A stretch of 64,000 nucleotides of DNA from Paraphysomonas bandaiensis (taxonomy: Eukaryota; Protista; Chrysophyceae): positions 16,037 through 80,036 of the forward strand of contig CBFFRP010000049.1 in NCBI GenBank assembly GCA_965644295.1, given 5' to 3'. The notes beneath the pieces are model-generated. The model was given only the letters and a program-made list of their open reading frames with translations, did not search any database and was not told the DNA's origin. The translations under genes and the position numbers were made by a program. Shown here in pieces: positions 1 through 11,965 of the stretch; position 1 is the first letter of the stretch, and each line of letters begins with the position of its first letter.

Positions 1-449
1 ACATTATGTCGAGGTAAAAGACTTTGTACAGATGTTGACAACATGCCTTATAATATACGTTCAATGCAGACTTAATATCACTCTTATTTCAGGAATCATT
101 GTGACAATCGCGTGTCTATGGATCGTGGAGGGGTATGGATTGTCAAGATACCATCATAGTGCAGGCTCCTCTGATCAGCGGTCTCATCATTATGATCAGC
201 CCAATTTATTTGTCAATGAATTCATTGAAGAATATTGTTATACTATGTGTGTCTCTCGTTGAGCTGAGTGAATACTCTAGTATGCTCCTATACTCTAGTA
301 TCTCTCAGCAGTACAACATGAGCATACTAGATTATTCACTCAGCTCAATAAGAGACACGTATATGTATAATAAATTTAATAAAGAATGAATTCAGAAGTT
401 GTTGATATGTTTCTATTGGATTATATGGAGGATTAGAGTAGCTCTCAAT

Positions 450-600
450 GCATGAGGCAGGCAGCATCTTATTTTTTCGGGAATAAATTTAAGCAAAATT
501 GCTCTACATTACTGCAATGCAACTACGGTTTTAATACATATAATTGTTGTCTCAATATTACAGGCATCATTGAACAAAAATATATAAAGAATGCCAATAT
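450..600 (-). mobile_element. ~150-bp MITE-like dispersed repeat, family M1, copy 1
   Basis: Reverse complement of the GTATCGGCATCCTTTG...GATGCTGACTGCCGATAC repeat found at 25621, 32708, 50906, 51272 and 59764. Confidence 0.75.
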
Positions 601-601
601 C

Positions 602-1166
602 GTGATACTCTAAAAACCCTTAATTTTATGTATAAAAGTGCATATATCACTGGAATTATATACCAGTATGCGCACATGCATTCTGCAATCTTGTTCACTG
701 CGTCTATCACTAACTGGCCGCGTAGTTCTCATCTTCGTCCAGTTTGTTCTGTTGACGTGTTTGTTTGTCTTCAGGTTGAGGAATATCCAGCTACCATTCG
801 CGTTGCCCGCAGGGTACAGAGCTATGCACGGTTCTGTTCGGTCTTGCTCTGCGTCGTTGCTCTCGCATTCGGGTCGTAGCACTCCACGTAGTCGCCGAAT
901 GCGAGTGCAACGACGCAGAGCAAGACCGAACAGAACCGTGCATAGCTCTGTACCCTGCAGGCAACGCGAATGGTAGCTGGATTTTCTTAAACCTGAAGAC
1001 AAACAAACACGTCAACAGAACAAACTGGACGAAGATGAGAACTACGCGGCCAGTTAGTGATAGACGCAGTGAACAAGATTGCAGAATGCATGTGCGCATA
1101 CTGGTATATAATTCCAGTGATATAATGCACTTTTCTACATAAAATTAAGGGTTTTTAGAGTATCAC
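602..1166. repeat. Long fold-back inverted repeat (~270-bp arms, 22-nt loop) containing a Ty1/copia integrase C-terminal fragment
   Basis: 602-872 is the near-perfect reverse complement of 895-1166; minus strand reads LAFGDYVECYDPNA/SNDAEQDRTEPCIALYPAGNANGSWIFLNLKTNKHVNRTNWTKM. Confidence 0.9.
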
Positions 1167-1603
1167 CAGAATACGGCATTTTACTTCGTAGTTTTGTGTG
1201 ATGGAGCTCAAAACTATCTGAAGTATGTAAAATAATTTACACAATTCCAAAAACTCGAGGTTTTAATTTGCATACATCAAGTTTTTATATACACTGTACT
1301 TTTTAGAATATAATTATGATAAAACTCATAATTTTAGTGCGAAAACTCCCCCCACACTGCTGTGTACACCCTGTAAAGTATTGTACATACCCCACACATG
1401 CATGTACTGGCTGTATATGTATATCCAGCAGTACATATTGGCTTTATAGGTCTACATCATCATCAGCAGTATCCACAGGTGACTATCTTAACAGCTACAT
1501 ACATACACATACATATACACACAGTCCCATATACACACACATATATATAGAGAGAGAAGCACACATCTGTATGGAGTAGCCAACTCGAGGATTTCGTGAT
1601 ATA

Positions 1604-3364
1604 ATGAGTGGGTTTCTATCCTCAGATGATAACCATGTGTCGACATGGCCATCTGTTAACTCCACTAGTCATGTATGTATACACACACACACACACACAC
1701 GCATCTGTATATAGATACATACACACATAGAGAGAGATACACACACGTCTGTATAGATACATACACACATAGAGAGAGATACACACATACACACATCTAT
1801 ACACACACGTCTGTATAGATATACACACATATATAGAGAGAGAAACATACATATACACATACACATCTCTATATACATATACATATATAACATATACATA
1901 TACACACAGGATGGAGACACAGCTGTGATGGTTGCAGCATACAAAGGAGCTCTACCTGTTGTTTGTTCTCTTATTGAACAAGGCGCTGATATCGATATGA
2001 GAGATGCGGTCATATATACACACATACATACATACACATGTAACACTATCATATAGAATGGAGCAACTAGTTTGATGCTTGCTTTAAGTGAAGGACACAT
2101 TGAAATAGCTCGACTGCTTGTTGAATCTGCGGCTGATGTGAATATATCAGATAACGTCTGTTATATATTGTCTTAGATAGGAGCGAGTTCACTTATTGTT
2201 ATATTAGGGTGGTACTAGTCCCCTTATGATTGCATCAAGTGGAAGTGATTTAAGCATATGTCGACTTCTTGTTGTACACGGTGCGCATTTAGATGACCAA
2301 GATGAGGTATTTACTTCCTTTCTGCTTGCAATGGTTTCATATTTGGATTCCAGGACGGAGACACCGCACTCATGTTGGCGTGTCGTGAACATAACTTAGA
2401 GATTGCACGATTACTCCTTGTACACAATGCGCATTTGCATCTTCTTAATAAGGTATTACAGCTATAATTTAGTGAACTTGCTATTGATCATTCGTGTCTA
2501 CTATGACCAGGAAGGGGAGAGCGCGATGCATATTGCCTGCCGAACAGGACGCATAGAACTTGTGAAACTCTTACTCTATCATGGAGCCAATGCCGCTATT
2601 ATCAATCATGTATGCATGTGTCTCTTTCTCCTTGTCTCTCTGATCATATGAATAGAAGGGGAATTCTTGTTTACATATTGCTGTAATGGAGGGTCATCAA
2701 GACATATGTTCTCTCTTACTATCCAATAGCATCGATGTCAATGCAAAAAACTATGTAAGTTTGTCATTGTCGTGAGTTATTCATTAGATTTATTTTATGT
2801 ATGTAGGCCGGAAATAGCCCGCTCATGCTTGCATATATACATCACCAATATGTTATTGCTAAAGTTTTGATCAACTGTGGTGCTGATCTCAACACCACTA
2901 TGAAAATGAGTGGCGATTCGATCTTGATAATGGCATGTAGAAATGGTAACAATGCTGTAGCGAGATTCCTTATAGAACACAAAGCGGATATTAATTTAAG
3001 AAACGAAGTAAGTTGATAGTACATATGTCGAAACAGATATTTATATTAATTTACAGGACGGAGAGTCAGCACTAGTAGAGGCCAGCAGGGCGGGAAATTT
3101 GGCGATTGTAAAACTACTTCTTCAGCGTGGAGCTGATGTACATATCACGAATAAAGTCAGTGTACTTATCAACGTTGTATTTAAAATGTTTTACTTGACG
3201 TTACGATGTAGAAAGGTTTTTCATTGCTCACTATTGTATGGATGGCCGGTCACGCGGATATAGTTTCTAAGCTGCTCGCTTACGGTGCAGGTGACCACGA
3301 CGACGATATGGATTTTGACGAAGCCTTTTCTAAAATATCTCCAATATCACTTTATATTTCATAG
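1604..3364 (+). CDS. Ankyrin-repeat protein (~10 repeats, multi-exon; 5' start uncertain)
   Basis: GT-AG bounded exons 1910-2008, 2057-2155, 2208-2306, 2354-2452, 2511-2609, 2656-2754, 2807-3007, 3057-3155 and 3212-3364 each translate to G.T.L..A...G...IV.LL...GAD ankyrin units. Confidence 0.88.
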
Positions 3365-4302
3365 CAGTACTGTAGTATACCTATTAGTGTAATTGATGTT
3401 AATATATATTAAAAGTCTTATTATTTAGCAATAGGCGTTAAAAACCTGCACCAAAAGAGTGGCTAGTTTAATGCTAGACATACTAGTTAGACCGCTACCC
3501 ATAACTAATCAGCACAAATTCTATTATCCTACTATTTAACGCTACAGAAGCTGCTTGTGCGTCGCCGCAAGCACCAAGGTACGACCACGATGTAAATATA
3601 TAATGCATTTCACTACATATTCATGTAACATTTGGTGAACCTCTGTTCACAGCAACATCTGTTTATCATATGTTTACCAGTCACTCCTATATCTTATATA
3701 GTCACAAATCAGTAGCTGAATTTAATTCCTTTGTAACCATAATCACACGTTACACCTATGAATTGACTTCATCTATTGCACACAATTAACTCACTTCAAT
3801 TGCACAATATATATCGCATCAAACTGCAGAACTCAACATATAATTTATTGATACCGTAGAAAAATTGAAAGTAATCAGCACCTTTGACACTTTACTTTAT
3901 TCTATAATTCTGTATTCTATAATACTACGCATTTCCCACATGGAAGAAAATGTTATTGATTGTTGACGATACGTTACCCTACACAAAGGACCCCCTAGGC
4001 TACTCCCGCGACCGCGTCCAAAACATAGACAGAAATGGAAACGCCCAAGGGTGCTACGATTACTAGGAATCCACAGACAACCCGAGACTGGAACACCGCC
4101 CACCGCACATATGAACCCCACCAACCATACACATAGAACAATACCACCGGACCGCATGAAACCATCAGGCCCTAGACAGCGACGCCGTCTCCGGCAACTC
4201 CACCTTTGCCTGACGCCCAAACGGTGCACGGCGACAACACCACATTCCACTACACCATCCACCTCGCAGCACACACATCTAGTGCTAGGTACACTCAGGA
4301 CC

Positions 4303-5026
4303 TTAATATAGCTGCATTTGCCTCTCTTGAGATTGCAAACGCTCCAACCGAATAGCCTGGTTTTGGATACAATGCATACGCATAAAGCTATCTTCACCAC
4401 TACTACTTACAGTAGTAGTATTAGTACCTATGCTCTGAGACGACGCGGCTACAGCCGTTGGGGGCACAATACTAGTAGGTGGAGGATAATAAGCAGGTGG
4501 AGGATCATCATTTTTTCTCATTAAAAGATCACGAAGTTCTGCTAGTCCGGACATCATTTCCTGACGAAGTTCAGCAACAGCAGCGGGAGGTATCAGATCT
4601 GCTTTCTGCTGGGATTCGACGACCCCGTCACCATCTTCATGTACAGCACTACTGTCCCTGCTCGTGCGCTTTCGCGGTACCTCCGAGTCGTCGTTGGATA
4701 TGTCGCCACGAATGTCGACGACATTCTTCTTCCCTTTGTACTTCTCCTACACCATTATACTACACAGTTAGTACAGTGTATATAGTAACAACGCACAACA
4801 ATAATCAGAACAATACCGCATATATACGTACGACGACCCCGTCACCATCTTCATGAACAGTACTACTTACCCTGCTGCTCGTGCGCTTTCGTGGTACCTC
4901 CGAGTCGTCGTTGGATATGCCGCCACGAATTTCGACGACATTCTTCCAGACCCGGGATAGCTCCAGACCCGGGCATGAATATGAGCAGTCAGTATGTTTT
5001 GGAGGGCGGTGGTGTATATGTTCCAT
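4303..5026 (-). pseudogene. Gene fragment with a tandemly duplicated exon-sized unit
   Basis: 4617-4730 and 4830-4946 are near-identical and encode KNVV.IRG.ISNDDSEVPRKRTS...HEDGDGVV, continuing into ORF 4303-4557. Confidence 0.4.
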
Positions 5027-5854
5027 TTAGAACTAGACTTTTTGGTGGAACAGGTGTATCAGAAATGCATGTTGAAGCACGTGAACGGGGAACAAGAAGT
5101 CTTTGTGGCCGTCCAGGTATAAGGACGGTTAGAGCACAACCCACTGTTCAATACAGCGGGCATAACTCAGCTGCAATTAAGCGCATCCCTCCACGATTAG
5201 TTATTCAAGAGTCAGATGGATCTTTACCTGACGAACCGAGAGGTGTGCTCAATGCACCGTACATTGGACGAGAAGCACGACGTGAGGTCAACAGGAATAA
5301 TGCTGCTGCTAGGAAGAGGGAGGAGCAGGAGCGTATCAATGCAACCCGTTTAACAGGAAGTGATTCTGAGGCTGAAGAACAAGTGTCAGACCCAGAATCA
5401 GATTGTCATCGTTCGTCACCAACATTCGCAGTTGGTGAACTAGTTTCTAACATACACAATTTAAGAGGTATTATTTCTGAGGTAAGCAGCGACATCATGT
5501 TGTGTAACACATATTATATTTAATCAATAAATGTAAGAGATATAATATATACTCAGGTACACAGCGACAATACTTACGATATCAAATATAATGATGGACA
5601 GTATGACAACAACCTAGCGGCAAGTTACTTGAGGCACATAAAAGGTTAGTATATATAATAATATGATTATTATGTAAACGTTATAATATATTATATATTA
5701 TACAGTAACTTCGTCAAAGAAAAGGACTAAACGACAGCAATGGGAAATAGTAACAGAGCCTACAATGGAATGGGTGGATCAAGGCGCTCTCTCATCTGAG
5801 AATGTTGTGACCGGAAAACGTCGACGTAGTAGTGGGGTATCGTACAAAGAATAG
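4975..5854 (+). CDS. Spliced ORF with Tudor/SH3-like domain inside the TIR element (start uncertain)
   Basis: Exons ..5481, 5557-5644 and 5706-5854 join in frame: FAVGELVSNIHNLRGIISE/VHSDNTYDIKYNDGQYD...NVVTGKRRRSSGVSYKE*. Confidence 0.55.
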
Positions 5855-5896
5855 CTTTATATTATGCTTGACGGAGTAGCTTAAACTGTATAATAT

Positions 5897-6094
5897 ATGT
5901 GTGTAGTCGGTGACTTTTATTGCTGTAAAACTGAAGTAATATGGAAGAAATTACTAAAAAATATTATAAATAATACTTTCACACTGTTATTAACTTCATA
6001 GTTACTTATTGTGCATAGTTATACCCTTTTCCGACCATCACCAAAAATTTCACCTGGTTTTACATCAAAACCCAGGTTTTGGTATTACCTCGAC
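5897..6094 (+). mobile_element. Copy of the right end of the CMC-like element
   Basis: Closely matches 57201-57401 (GTAGTCGGTGACTTTTAT...GGTTTTGGTATTACCTCGAC). Confidence 0.75.
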
Positions 6095-6848
6095 TTCAAG
6101 CAGCTTCTGTAGCGCTAAATAGTAGGGTAATAGAATTTGTACTGATTAGTTATGGGTAGAGATCTAACTAGTATGTCTAGCATATTGGCACAAGTTTTTA
6201 ACGCCTATTGCTAAATAACAAGACTTTTAATAATATTGATTGTTAAAGTATTGATTTTGGGATTTTCAACCTAGTCAAATTGGTTGAATTACCTTGTCAC
6301 ACTATTTTTGGTGGAATAACCCAGTCAAAGTAATGCGACTTAGTAACACTTACTTCTATTCACACTTAGTAACACTTTTTACGACACTTAGTAATAATAT
6401 TACTTCCTAACTGATGAACATGTTCGACACATATATACATATCAAATATGTAGACGATATTCGTATTGTGTCATACATGATGCGATGTATTAACTACATT
6501 GTTCGTGAATGTAGTCAATTTCTAACGGGTACTAAATACATAATTGTTAGAAATTGATATACTTAGTAATAAGACTTTGATAAACACTTAGATAGAGTAT
6601 TATATTATAATTATAAGAGATACCATTCTTCATGCATTGACGTTCACCAACTCTTTTTTTACCTCTACTACACTAACAATTTCTAGTACGATCTTACATC
6701 GTCACTATCTTGCTGATATTCAAATGACCATAATATAAAACCTGCATACAATAACATGATTCATTACTGCTCCTATGACAACACAAACGCAAATACTATA
6801 TTAAATCTAAATACAATATAATAAGTACAAAGCATCTTTCCACGAGAA

Positions 6849-9212
6849 CTAAAAGTCATCGGTCTCATCCAGATCATCCGGAGTACCCTGCCATTCACTG
6901 ACGAACCCCCCACGGAATCCTTTAAGAATTCCAGGTAAATTTCGGTCCACAGTCAAGTCTACTTCTTGTACGTTGTTCCAATCTAATATATTCAAACGGC
7001 CAACTTTCCCACTAAATATTCCATTGAAAAATGGTATCAAAACCCCATACGATCCAGCTATATACGAGTTTTATTGGTTAGAACGAATATGAGCGAAAGC
7101 AAAATATACGTACATGCGAAGCCTCCCGAAAAGCCCCTAAGATCGGAGTCCGGAAACGAGGGAATTTGAGACCGAGTGTATGTCGGCATTTCTAAAACAT
7201 CGATGCCTGCCGCATCAAATATATTCATGTCTACCCGCGGTATCAGACCATGACCGCGTTGTCCATTATAGGCTTCATGAGATGACCGCCACGGCACAAG
7301 GTACAAATATTTCCCCGCTGTAAGAAACATGTCACATTGGTGCAACTTTAATGCGAATAGAATACCAGTAAATATTCCACTAAACCCTGCTAGACTGGGA
7401 TCTTTCTGTGTTAGATCCAACACGTCGATAATATCTCTGATATGGCCACCTTGTTGAGACAAGGCCTCGTCCATCGCGTGAATAATATCAACCACACCAA
7501 GGTTTATACGCACTAACTTATAAGAATAGGTGTGCGCACCGGATGCAAAGGGAGCGAGATACGCAAATCTTCCCACTCTAATGGCCTCAGAAAATCCACG
7601 CAAATCTGTTTGTACATCACCTAAGTCGAATGACCTGACAACCGTTCCTAACATGCTCGAATTGGCTGTCTCACCCCAGGCACTGTCATTTATACAAACA
7701 ACCACCGCATGGTGATAGGTGCGCAAGTGGTTACGGTCCACCTCTAAGTCACTCCTCACGCCTCCAATCGGTCCGAAAAATGACCGGAATGGGTTTAGAC
7801 AAGCCCATGACCCATCTGTACGTATTACAACCTCTCTTAGCACAGATCGAGAATTCGTTGATGAACGCAATACTATACCTCTGAAGCCACCACTGTAGCC
7901 TCCAAACTCTCTTGCTACATCTCGCAGCGGCAGTGCCTGGGTTGAGTGGATGCCGAAGTCTTCGACATTTATGCGGATCGCAACATCATATTGTCCAGGT
8001 GATATGAATCCATAAGGGTACCCTGCTCAAATATTTATCCAAATCTATAATAATGCTTATAAACTCATATACACATACCAATGAAACCCTTCCTGAACCC
8101 TCTAGCATCCTCATGTATGCTCTCAAGGTTGAGCACCACAATGCATGCCTCTTCCAGTGCTACACCTGATGTTTGCGGCGTCCCTGTAGAGTCTAGCCAC
8201 TCGAATCGCACATTGAGCATACAGTTGGTTTCATTCTCCATGCCAAATAGATTCACGCGAACCAGTTTACCAAAGAACCTCTGAAACATAAATCACAACA
8301 TTAGAATATATTAATGAGTTCTCACATTTCCGTTATGATATGGCACGAGATAGCCAAATTGTCCAGTGGATGTGTTGCCAGCGAAACCACCTTCGAATCC
8401 AATCAGGTCAGGGTCGATGGTGGGAAGATGCAGAAGGCGTAGCTGATCCGCATATGTTCCAATACCAAGCGAGGTGTTAAAATCCGCAAACTCCTGTCCA
8501 CCAGCCAGCTGTGCTCTCGCCTCAGCAGCGGACTCAATTGCCAACCTTGCAAAATATCCCCCGCCTTCCAGACCAGGGACCAAAAATCCGTAACTACGTG
8601 GAAGTTAGACATAACAATCAATTAGTGAACACCAAATAACCTCCATGGTCGCTCTGATGCTTCTATAATATAGTTACGGGTAATTTCTTCAGACCGATAA
8701 AGAAACCCATCGATAAACGTCTCCGTTGCCACAGCACGAATCACGCGATACCGACCAGCTCGAAAAGGGGTGTTGATATGAACATACGGGGAGTCATATG
8801 TCACAAATGGACTAATCCTTGTAGGTGGGGTATTGTCCAGTGTATAGTAAACTCTTGCTCCTTCTGATGTGCATCGTAAAAACACTCCAAGTGCTGATGC
8901 TGCGAAATGATTCTCAGGAGGGTCTATATATAAATCCTACAATACAAAATCATTGATTATCATATACTGATATATTCATACCAATTCAACACGTTGTGTG
9001 ACATTAGTAAATGGTTCAATTGGTTCTGATAATACTTGCAACTCACGCGTCTTCTCAGTAGCATCAGTAGCATCAGTAGCCGTGTGTGTTATACGTACAC
9101 TCTGACCACTTCTATCACCCTGTTGACGATTCATACGATACGAATCTAATCGTCCTGCTAAGATGATGATAGGAATATATGAGATACATATCAGAACTGC
9201 AAGTAACTTCAT
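6849..9212 (-). CDS. Secreted multi-exon protein with Fn3-associated (chitobiase C-terminal-like) domain and GFxGGF...YLVP repeats
   Basis: Signal peptide MKLLAVLICISYIPIIILA; VFLRCTSEGARVYYTLDNTPP motif; recurring L.GF.GGF...GYLVP.NG units over consecutive minus-strand ORFs separated by short introns. Confidence 0.75.
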
Positions 9213-10019
9213 GATTATGTATGTAACTGTGTATATATGACAGTTACGTTATGGATGGATGGATATGTATGTATATCTAGCTAATGAATGATATTGTTAA
9301 GTAAAGAGGGTGATATGCATATAGAGTATGTGTGAATTGATGTGATAATGAGAAGAGATAAGTGTATTGAGGTTATGTGATGGGAGTATGTGTGCTATGG
9401 GTTGGTTATATATGAGGATTAGATGGCAGTTGTGGAGGGTTCTTAACGGGAGGTTCCATACATTAACTTCCATCTATATACTATGCTGTGTGTATATTGT
9501 ACTGCTGTACTGCTGTACTGCTGTACTGTTGTACATCTACATCCATACATCCATACATACACTGCTGTACATACACATCCAGCAGTGTACACTGTACTGC
9601 TGTAAATATATGCAGATACGCTGTACATCTGTACATAATAGTTAACGTATATCTTCATACATTACAATCCCCCATACATTACCCTACGTATACTTCTACT
9701 CTACGTATATTTCTATACATAAACATATTCACTGGCAGTTTTAATTATGTCTTATACCGAAACTACAGTCTCCCTACTGTAACGGAATTATGATATCATC
9801 CAACACCCATAACATCAAGAGAGGGACAGTTGCACCATGTTGGATGCAATAAATGCACAAGTTGTCCCCAGATGGTTGAAGTATCACTAGTATAATATAG
9901 CAACTCAAGTTAGTAAGTCTATAGATATATACCTAGATTCTAGTCACAACCACTCTCATGTAATAATCATGGATGATCACGTGGCCACGAACTCCATGAG
10001 CTTTTCTCTTTGAAATGAC

Positions 10020-10130
10020 GGGTTTCTATTTCTCGAACGAGACCTACGGTATCTCTGCGAACAATGATGAATGATCACGTAGCCCGTCTTCGCAGAGATA
10101 TCGTAAGTCCCGTTCGAGAAATAGAAACCC
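10020..10130. repeat. 42-bp stem hairpin (miRNA-precursor-like or tiny MITE)
   Basis: 10020-10061 is the reverse complement of 10089-10130 with three transition mismatches. Confidence 0.75.
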
Positions 10131-11020
10131 TGGTAATTGTACTGATGTCATACATGATGACCATAGGTAATACCCCCTCTTATGGTGATGCTGAGATTAC
10201 TCTACCTTGTTTACTTTTATGATATGGTGTCACATAGACATGATGATGTATGCATATATGTATAATATTCTGTGTATTTTCAAGCATTCGCAAAACAACA
10301 AAAATATGGGAATTAACAAAACCAATAGGCTACAGACTAAGCATCTTATTTCTATACAGCACTTCTTATATAAACCCATCATGTAAATAATAACTTTCAT
10401 GGTAGCGTTTCTATCGTTTCGTATTACTAATATGCAGTTAGTTGTTAACACACTAAGTCTACATAGATCGACAGTGTATACGCTGCCAGACAAAGACTAC
10501 CTACTGCTTAGTTATTCTTATTCTCTAAGCCATCATCACCACATCCATTCAAAATTAATTGAAATATGCATTCGGACACAAGTATCGATTATTTATCAGA
10601 AACAACATCATAATATTAAATGTGGTAGGATGCATACTTTAGCGCAGAACTGAGACTAGCTGCACAGGCGTTTACATATATAAGAAGTATATTTCTCTAG
10701 TCGTTGAAGATTTACACAACATGGTATTCAGAAAATAAGAAGTGAAGACATTATAAGAGGCCCGTCAATTATATTTGATAAAAATTCTTAAATTAATTCA
10801 AATAGATAATGACAAGTAATATGGAGTGCGTATAGTCGGTGTGTTAGCACTCCAGTCACAACGTTGCTGACTACTGTTGAGTTCTTTATGGTTCTATACA
10901 ATTTCTATTTCGTTGTATTTCGCACATTATTGACAAAATTCAGCAACTCTCAAAGAATTCAATTCAATTAGCATATGCATTTAACGTTGAAGCACTTCTA
11001 TGAGCATAACTTATATAAAA

Positions 11021-11965
11021 TTAATTCATATTCTCACCATTACAAGGAATATACTCACGCGCAACTGTCATATTCATGAGATGAACGAGTTCGGAAAGCG
11101 ACGACGAACGAGTCGACTTAAATGTATAACAGTGAGCGGCAATAAGTACATCCACAATAGTATGAAAGATCGTTGTATGTCTCTGATGAGGTGAGCTCTG
11201 TGTATGAGCTGATGTCAAGACAATAGCATTCGAACTTCTACTCATTGGATCCACAAAATCATCACTTAGATTGGCATATACAATAATTTTAGACCCATAT
11301 TTCCTCATATATCTTCGTTGTGTATCAGCATTATCTGTCATAAGAAACACATTCGTTTGACTATTCAATGACTCTACAAATATATCAAAATCATAATCAT
11401 TTTCATCAATTCTACGTGATAAATTTTGTTTCATTCTTTGATGTTTTAACATAATATCAAGATCAGTATGTCGTATATGCATACCTGCTGAAGTACAAAT
11501 CTCATATTTATATACGAAATCACCAACAGCAGATATGACAGATGGTACAGGTATATATCTACTATACATATTTTTACGTATAGTATGCCAATGTAATGGT
11601 GAATTATATGAAGTATGTAAATGAAAATATTGAAGAATTTCAAGAAAATTCTTATAAGATGGTGGGAAAATATGAAGTGCATAGGGTGCAAATAAGTGAA
11701 TTTCATCACTTGTAATGAATGTTACATTATGAATTGGTTCAAATAATTGAAGGAAATGTCCAGGACATGCCGGATTAATATCCCATACCATAATAAGATG
11801 TGTATAGGCTGGTATCGAATCTAATACATGCATATATCCTGCTAATAGACGGAGTCGATTTGATAATCCATCTTGACAATTAATAATTAAATATCCGGAT
11901 TTTTCTGGTGTTGAATTGTATCTTGAGAGGAAAAGTAGTATACAAAGTACCCAAAATTTAAGCAT
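11021..11965 (-). CDS. O-fucosyltransferase-like (GT-B) glycosyltransferase
   Basis: Signal anchor; GLSNRL, GMHIRHTD, VFLMTDN and DVLIAAHC..F..T..SS.S motifs of the fucosyltransferase clan. Confidence 0.75.
   Translation of the reverse strand: MLKFWVLCILLFLSRYNSTPEKSGYLIINCQDGLSNRLRLLAGYMHVLDSIPAYTHLIMVWDINPACPGHFLQLFEPIHNVTFITSDEIHLFAPYALHIFPPSYKNFLEILQYFHLHTSYNSPLHWHTIRKNMYSRYIPVPSVISAVGDFVYKYEICTSAGMHIRHTDLDIMLKHQRMKQNLSRRIDENDYDFDIFVESLNSQTNVFLMTDNADTQRRYMRKYGSKIIVYANLSDDFVDPMSRSSNAIVLTSAHTQSSPHQRHTTIFHTIVDVLIAAHCYTFKSTRSSSLSELVHLMNMTVAREYIPCNGENMN

Larger units (their letters stand above)
3413..6226. mobile_element. Non-autonomous TIR DNA transposon, Kolobok-like, carrying gene fragments
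   Basis: ~140-bp imperfect TIRs (3413-3557 vs 6097-6226), AAG...CTT termini, TTAA at 3409-3412 and 6227-6230; no recognisable DDE core. Confidence 0.75.

Noticed and set aside
1480-1909. Y/I/H/T- or C/V/M-rich ORFs here and at 9.4-9.8, 33.0-33.3 and 45.0-45.4 kb
   Set aside because: Translations of (TACA)n/(CA)n microsatellites in introns and promoters
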